Part shown: in pieces, positions 27,862-32,000 of the stretch
Position numbering within the stretch: the first letter of the stretch is position 1
How the letters are laid out: each line of letters starts with the position of its first letter
Origin: Prochlorococcus marinus str. NATL2A
GTDB taxonomy: Bacteria; Cyanobacteriota; Cyanobacteriia; PCC-6307; Cyanobiaceae
DNA length: 32,000 bases
Direction of reading: 5' to 3'
Assembly: GCF_000012465.1 (NCBI RefSeq)
Contig: NC_007335.2
Location: 840,001 to 872,000, forward strand
Made by a program: the position numbers and the translations under genes
The notes under the pieces: model-generated
Told to the model about the DNA's origin: nothing
The model's input: the letters and a program-made list of their open reading frames with translations, nothing else
Databases searched by the model: none

Positions 27862-29784
27862 GTGGAACTAACACCGTTAATAAGGGACAAGTCAAGATTA
27901 TCGGATTTTTTAAAGGATATACCTAATGATCCTGGATGTTATTTGATGAAAGATGGTGAGGATAGATTGCTTTATGTTGGTAAATCTAAAAAGTTAAGGA
28001 ATAGAGTTAGAAGTTATTTTCGTTCAGGTAATGAATTAAGTCCTAGAATATCTTTAATGGTGAGACAAGTTGCAGATATTGAATTGATTGTTACTGATAA
28101 TGAAAGTGAAGCATTAACATTAGAATCAAATTTAATTAAATCTCATCAACCATATTTCAATGTTTTACTAAAAGATGATAAAAAGTATCCCTATGTTTGC
28201 ATTACATGGGGTGATAAATATCCAAGAATATTTTTAACTAGAAAAAGGCGTCAACGACAATTAAAAGATAAATATTATGGTCCTTATGTAGATGTTTATT
28301 TACTTAGACAGACTCTATTTAGTATAAAAAAATTGTTTCCACTCAGGCAAAGAAGAATTCCACTTTATAAGGATAGAACATGCCTTAATTATTCAATTGG
28401 AAGATGTCCTGGTGTTTGTCAGGAAGAAATAAGTTCAGAAGATTATAAAAACACTTTAAAACGTGTTGAAATGATATTTCAAGGAAGAACAGATGAATTA
28501 AGAATATTATTAGAAAAACAAATGATTTCTTTTTCAGAGTCATTGAAATTTGAAGAGGCTGGATCAGTTAGAGATCAGCTTAAGGGTATAGATAGATTGT
28601 ATGAATCTCAAAAGATGATTATTCCTGATTCATCTGTTTGTAGGGATATAATTGCAATGGCATCAGAAGAAAATATAAGCTCAGTACAAATTTTTCAAAT
28701 GCGATCAGGTAAATTAATTGGTCGTTTAGGATATTTCTCAGATAATAGTAATTTTAATTCATCTCAAATACTTCAACAAGTAATAGAAAATCATTATTCA
28801 AATGTAGATCCTGTTGAAATCCCATCAGAAATATTAGTTCAACATCAACTTGTAAATAATATTTTAATTTCAGATTGGCTTAGTGAAATAAAAAAACAAA
28901 AAGTTAATATAAATGTTCCTAAAAGATCTAGAAAAGCAGAGATTATTAAACTCGTAGAAAAAAATGCTAATTTAGAATTACAAAGAATTAAACAATCTCA
29001 GGATAAGAATTTAGTTGAACTTGATGATCTGACTAATATCCTTGATTTAGAAAATATTCCAAAGAGAATTGAATGTTATGACATAAGCCATATCCAAGGA
29101 AGTGATGCTGTTGCATCACAAGTAGTATTTATTGATGGTATTGCGGCAAGGCAACACTATAGAAGATATAAAATTAAAAGCCCGAATATAAAAATTGGTC
29201 ATAGCGACGATTTCGAATCAATGGCTGAAGTGATAACTAGAAGATTTAGAAGATGGGCTCGTTTTAAAGAAGAAGGTGGAGATATTGATGCCCTATTAAG
29301 TAATGAAAGCAGTGTTCTTGATAATCTGAATTTAAATGACTGGCCAGATCTCGTTGTGATAGATGGAGGTAAAGGTCAATTAAGTTCTGTCGTAGCAGCT
29401 CTTGAGGGCCTGAAACTTGATCAAAATTTAAATGTCATTTCTTTAGCAAAAAAGAAGGAGGAAGTTTTCATTCCGAAGGTTAAACAATCATTAGTTACCG
29501 AATCAAATCAACCAGGAATGCTTTTGCTAAGGAGACTGAGAGATGAGGCTCATAGATTTGCAATTACTTTTCATAGACAAAAAAGGAGTCAACGGATGAA
29601 ACGTTCTCAGTTAAATGAAATACCGGGTCTTGGACCTCAAAGAATAAAATTATTGCTTGAGCATTTCAGGTCAATTGAGGCAATTCAAATGGCTACTTTT
29701 TCTGAACTTTCATCAACACCAGGCTTAGGCAGATCAACTGCTGTTGTTATTAGAAACTATTTTCATCCCGATAAAAATATATAA
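27862..29784 (+). CDS. uvrC: Excinuclease ABC subunit C
   Basis: 640 aa with a GIY-YIG N-terminus (GCYLMKDGEDRLLYVGKSKKLRNRVRSY), a UVR domain, the endonuclease region and a C-terminal HhH. GTG is the only start between the in-frame stop at 27841 and the GIY-YIG motif. Confidence 0.93.
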   Translation: MELTPLIRDKSRLSDFLKDIPNDPGCYLMKDGEDRLLYVGKSKKLRNRVRSYFRSGNELSPRISLMVRQVADIELIVTDNESEALTLESNLIKSHQPYFNVLLKDDKKYPYVCITWGDKYPRIFLTRKRRQRQLKDKYYGPYVDVYLLRQTLFSIKKLFPLRQRRIPLYKDRTCLNYSIGRCPGVCQEEISSEDYKNTLKRVEMIFQGRTDELRILLEKQMISFSESLKFEEAGSVRDQLKGIDRLYESQKMIIPDSSVCRDIIAMASEENISSVQIFQMRSGKLIGRLGYFSDNSNFNSSQILQQVIENHYSNVDPVEIPSEILVQHQLVNNILISDWLSEIKKQKVNINVPKRSRKAEIIKLVEKNANLELQRIKQSQDKNLVELDDLTNILDLENIPKRIECYDISHIQGSDAVASQVVFIDGIAARQHYRRYKIKSPNIKIGHSDDFESMAEVITRRFRRWARFKEEGGDIDALLSNESSVLDNLNLNDWPDLVVIDGGKGQLSSVVAALEGLKLDQNLNVISLAKKKEEVFIPKVKQSLVTESNQPGMLLLRRLRDEAHRFAITFHRQKRSQRMKRSQLNEIPGLGPQRIKLLLEHFRSIEAIQMATFSELSSTPGLGRSTAVVIRNYFHPDKNI

Positions 29785-29876
29785 TCTATTTTTAAATTAT
29801 TAACTATTTAGCGACATCTAATCTTTATTAGAGTAATGTATAGAGTGATATGAACGTACCTAACATTTGATTTAGT

Positions 29877-30440
29877 ATGAATTTTTCGCCAGAGACATAT
29901 TTATGGTTTAAATCATTTCATATTATCGGCGTAGTTGTTTGGTTTGCAGGTTTATTTTATTTAGTTAGATTATTTATTTACCATGTTGAAGTACAAACTC
30001 AGAAAGAGGAAATTAGGGAAGTTTTTAATAAGCAATATACTTTAATGGAGAAAAGGTTAGCTAATATAATTACCACTCCAGGAATGGTATTGGCTGTTAT
30101 AATGGCAACTGGTCTATTATATATGCAGCCTTCTTATCTATCGCAAGCATGGATGCAAGTTAAATTATTATTTGTATTATTTCTACTTATATATCATTTT
30201 TATTGTTATAGAATTATGAATCAATTAACTAATAATCAGTTCAATTTTAGTGGTCAGCAACTCCGAGCATTGAATGAGTTGCCAACACTACTGTTGGTAG
30301 TTGTTGTAATGCTTGTTGTATTTAAAAACCAATTCCCAACAAGTGCTGCAAGTTGGTTGATCTTTGGGTTAATACTTTTTATGGCGGCAAGTATACAATT
30401 TTATGCCAAATGGCGCAGGAACAAGAAACAACTTACTTAG
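29877..30440 (+). CDS. hemJ: Protoporphyrinogen IX oxidase HemJ (UPF0093 family membrane protein)
   Basis: 187 aa with about 4-5 TM segments. The N-terminus YLWFKSFHIIGVVVWFAGLFYLVRLFIYH matches the cyanobacterial HemJ (slr1790-type) pattern. Confidence 0.8.
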   Translation: MNFSPETYLWFKSFHIIGVVVWFAGLFYLVRLFIYHVEVQTQKEEIREVFNKQYTLMEKRLANIITTPGMVLAVIMATGLLYMQPSYLSQAWMQVKLLFVLFLLIYHFYCYRIMNQLTNNQFNFSGQQLRALNELPTLLLVVVVMLVVFKNQFPTSAASWLIFGLILFMAASIQFYAKWRRNKKQLT

Positions 30441-30445
30441 TTAAT

Positions 30446-31105
30446 ATGATTAATAAGGATTTTCTTTGTATAAAAAATATAATCAAATCTGTTACTAAAG
30501 ATAGTTGTCCAAATTCTATTAACTTTCATATGCATTCAACTTATAGTGATGGAAGTTTGTCTCCTATAGAAATCTATAATCAAGCTTTAGAACTAAATAT
30601 TGATCATTATGCAATTACAGATCATCATTCAGTTGATGCATATCTTGAATTAGTTAAAATTATTGAATCTGATTATCTTGATAGTTCATTTTTTCCAAAA
30701 CTTTGGACTGGTATAGAAATTACCTGTTTATTAAAAGGATGTTTAGTCCATGTTTTAGGGCTTGGATTTGATCCTAGCTCTAAACACTTATTACCTTATG
30801 TTGAACATAGATCTGCTATTGGTAATGAATTACTAGCATCAAATGTAGTTGATTCGATACACAATGCGAATGGAATTGCTGTTTTAGCTCATCCTGCAAG
30901 ATATAAGCTTCCATTTGATATTTTAATTAATGAAGCATCAAAGCTTAATTTTGATGCTGTTGAAACTTGGTACAACTACGAAAGAGCACCTATTTGGATC
31001 CCGTCAGAGTTTATTTGCGATAAAATATTTGATTGTGCAAATTCTTATTCATTGTTATCAACATGTGGAACAGATACTCATGGATTATCTCTTTTAAGAC
31101 GCTGA
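30446..31105 (+). CDS. PHP-domain metal-dependent phosphoesterase (TrpH/YciV-like)
   Basis: The His-rich PHP motifs are INFHMHSTYSDG, ITDHH, LAHPARY and GTDTHG. The start is placed at the ATG at 30446, 5 nt after the hemJ stop. The longer ORF-track start at 30353 would overlap hemJ and adds no conserved sequence. Confidence 0.8.
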   Translation: MINKDFLCIKNIIKSVTKDSCPNSINFHMHSTYSDGSLSPIEIYNQALELNIDHYAITDHHSVDAYLELVKIIESDYLDSSFFPKLWTGIEITCLLKGCLVHVLGLGFDPSSKHLLPYVEHRSAIGNELLASNVVDSIHNANGIAVLAHPARYKLPFDILINEASKLNFDAVETWYNYERAPIWIPSEFICDKIFDCANSYSLLSTCGTDTHGLSLLRR

Positions 31106-32000
31106 TTTATTATTTCTTCTATTGGAATTAAATTTTTCAATTTTACTGTCTATATCAGATAAAGCAGATTTAATAGATGCTATTTCTTCATTAGTTGCAT
31201 CTGTCCAAAGCTTTCGATTTGATGCTTCTAGTAGTCTTTCAGCGATATCTCTTAATGCCCATGGATTGTTATCAATAATAAATTTTCTTGTCTTTTCATC
31301 TACCAACCAATTATTTGCAATTGACTCATAACACCAGTTAGGAACAAGGTTAGTTGTTGCATCAAAAGAGAATAAATAGTCAAGGCTTGCTGACATCTCG
31401 AAAGCTCCTTTATAGCCATGTTGTTTCATTCCCTCAAGCCATTTTGGATTTAATAACCTACTCCTAACAACCTTATCTATTTCTTTTGAAAGTTTATGTA
31501 TTCTTGGTCGTTGATATCTAGAATTATCTGCAAAATAAGCTTGTGGATTGTTACCACTAGTTTTCTTTACAGCAGAGATTAAGCCACCCTGAAATTGATA
31601 GTAATCATCTGAATCGAGTATGTCGTGCTCTCTATTATCTTGACTATGTAGTACTACTTTTACTTTTGATAAATTATATTCCAACCCTTTTTTGTCTTTA
31701 ACAATATTGTTTGAACCTTCATATCGCCATTTACTCCATTCTATAAATGCATTAGCCAGTTCAGATTGATGATCCCATGAGCCATTATTGATAATTTCTT
31801 GCAAACCTGCTCCATATGATCCAGGTGCTGATCCATATATTCTTGAGTCGGTTTTTCCATTTCTATAAGACTCAGCAAGGGGATTAATTGCATTGGGCTC
31901 ATTTAAGTTCCCAATAAGGTTTTGTCCTCTTCGTATTAATTCAATGATTTGTGGGAATGCATCCCTAAATAAACCAGATATTCTTAATGTGACGTCGACT
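31094..32000 (-). CDS. cobN: Cobaltochelatase subunit CobN, C-terminal part (5' end lies outside the window)
   Basis: The minus-strand frame is open to the window edge (hand-translated VDVTLRISGLFRDAFPQIIELIRRG...RIYGSAPGSYGAGLQ). HSQDNREHDILDSDDYYQFQGG is the CobN/ChlH-family signature in its CobN-like form. The TTG at 31804 in the ORF track is internal. Confidence 0.85.
   Translation of the reverse strand, partial: VDVTLRISGLFRDAFPQIIELIRRGQNLIGNLNEPNAINPLAESYRNGKTDSRIYGSAPGSYGAGLQEIINNGSWDHQSELANAFIEWSKWRYEGSNNIVKDKKGLEYNLSKVKVVLHSQDNREHDILDSDDYYQFQGGLISAVKKTSGNNPQAYFADNSRYQRPRIHKLSKEIDKVVRSRLLNPKWLEGMKQHGYKGAFEMSASLDYLFSFDATTNLVPNWCYESIANNWLVDEKTRKFIIDNNPWALRDIAERLLEASNRKLWTDATNEEIASIKSALSDIDSKIEKFNSNRRNNKSAS

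Noticed and set aside
30353-30445. A longer version of the PHP-domain ORF, starting at 30353 and overlapping the last 88 nt of hemJ
   Set aside because: The extra 31 residues are read from the hemJ coding region in another frame and contain no PHP-family sequence. An ATG at 30446, directly after the hemJ stop, gives a full-length PHP domain.
1-32000. Window-wide check for mobile elements, CRISPR arrays, integrases, toxin-antitoxin or defence-like genes, and long direct or inverted repeats
   Set aside because: None were seen. Every ORF of 100 aa or more that is not a shadow ORF is assigned to a housekeeping or conserved cyanobacterial family. No repeat arrays are visible by eye, but an exhaustive repeat search was not possible without tools.

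Overview
This is an AT-rich segment of a picocyanobacterial chromosome, roughly one-third G+C by eye (not computed). The gene content (psaK, hemJ, a dnaK3/dnaJ3-type chaperone pair, cobN, and several DUF families typical of oxygenic phototrophs) and the extreme compaction fit a high-light-adapted Prochlorococcus-like genome. The window is almost fully coding. It holds 31 complete CDS, 2 CDS truncated at the window edges (dxs at the 5' edge, cobN at the 3' edge) and one tRNA-Ser(GGA). The genes are housekeeping, in this order: dxs, psaK, two small membrane DUF proteins, an exported PrxQ/BCP peroxiredoxin, rpmB, htpG, hisZ, an IMPase-family phosphatase, tRNA-Ser, pstCAB, dnaK/dnaJ, a DUF3110-like protein, murQ, a cyclophilin, ribBA, argC, purN, pgi, leuS, dapF, a cysteine desulfurase, a DUF1995-like protein, dacB, coaD, a flavin-reductase-domain protein, uvrC, hemJ, a PHP phosphoesterase and cobN. 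I saw no mobile elements, CRISPR arrays, prophage or defence genes, pseudogenes or long repeats. I judge this to be ordinary core genome and do not find convincing evidence of a novel system. The leads worth a second look are modest. (1) A translationally coupled trio of an exported peroxiredoxin and two 3-TM DUF proteins. (2) An IMPase-family gene just upstream of hisZ, a candidate histidinol-phosphate phosphatase. (3) The dnaK3/dnaJ3 overlap, with an unusual acidic-aromatic DnaK tail. (4) An unassigned C-terminal extension of about 150 aa on RibBA. (5) Repeat and hairpin motifs in the pstC/dnaK divergent intergenic region. All family assignments come from motif recognition by eye, and no database search was possible.
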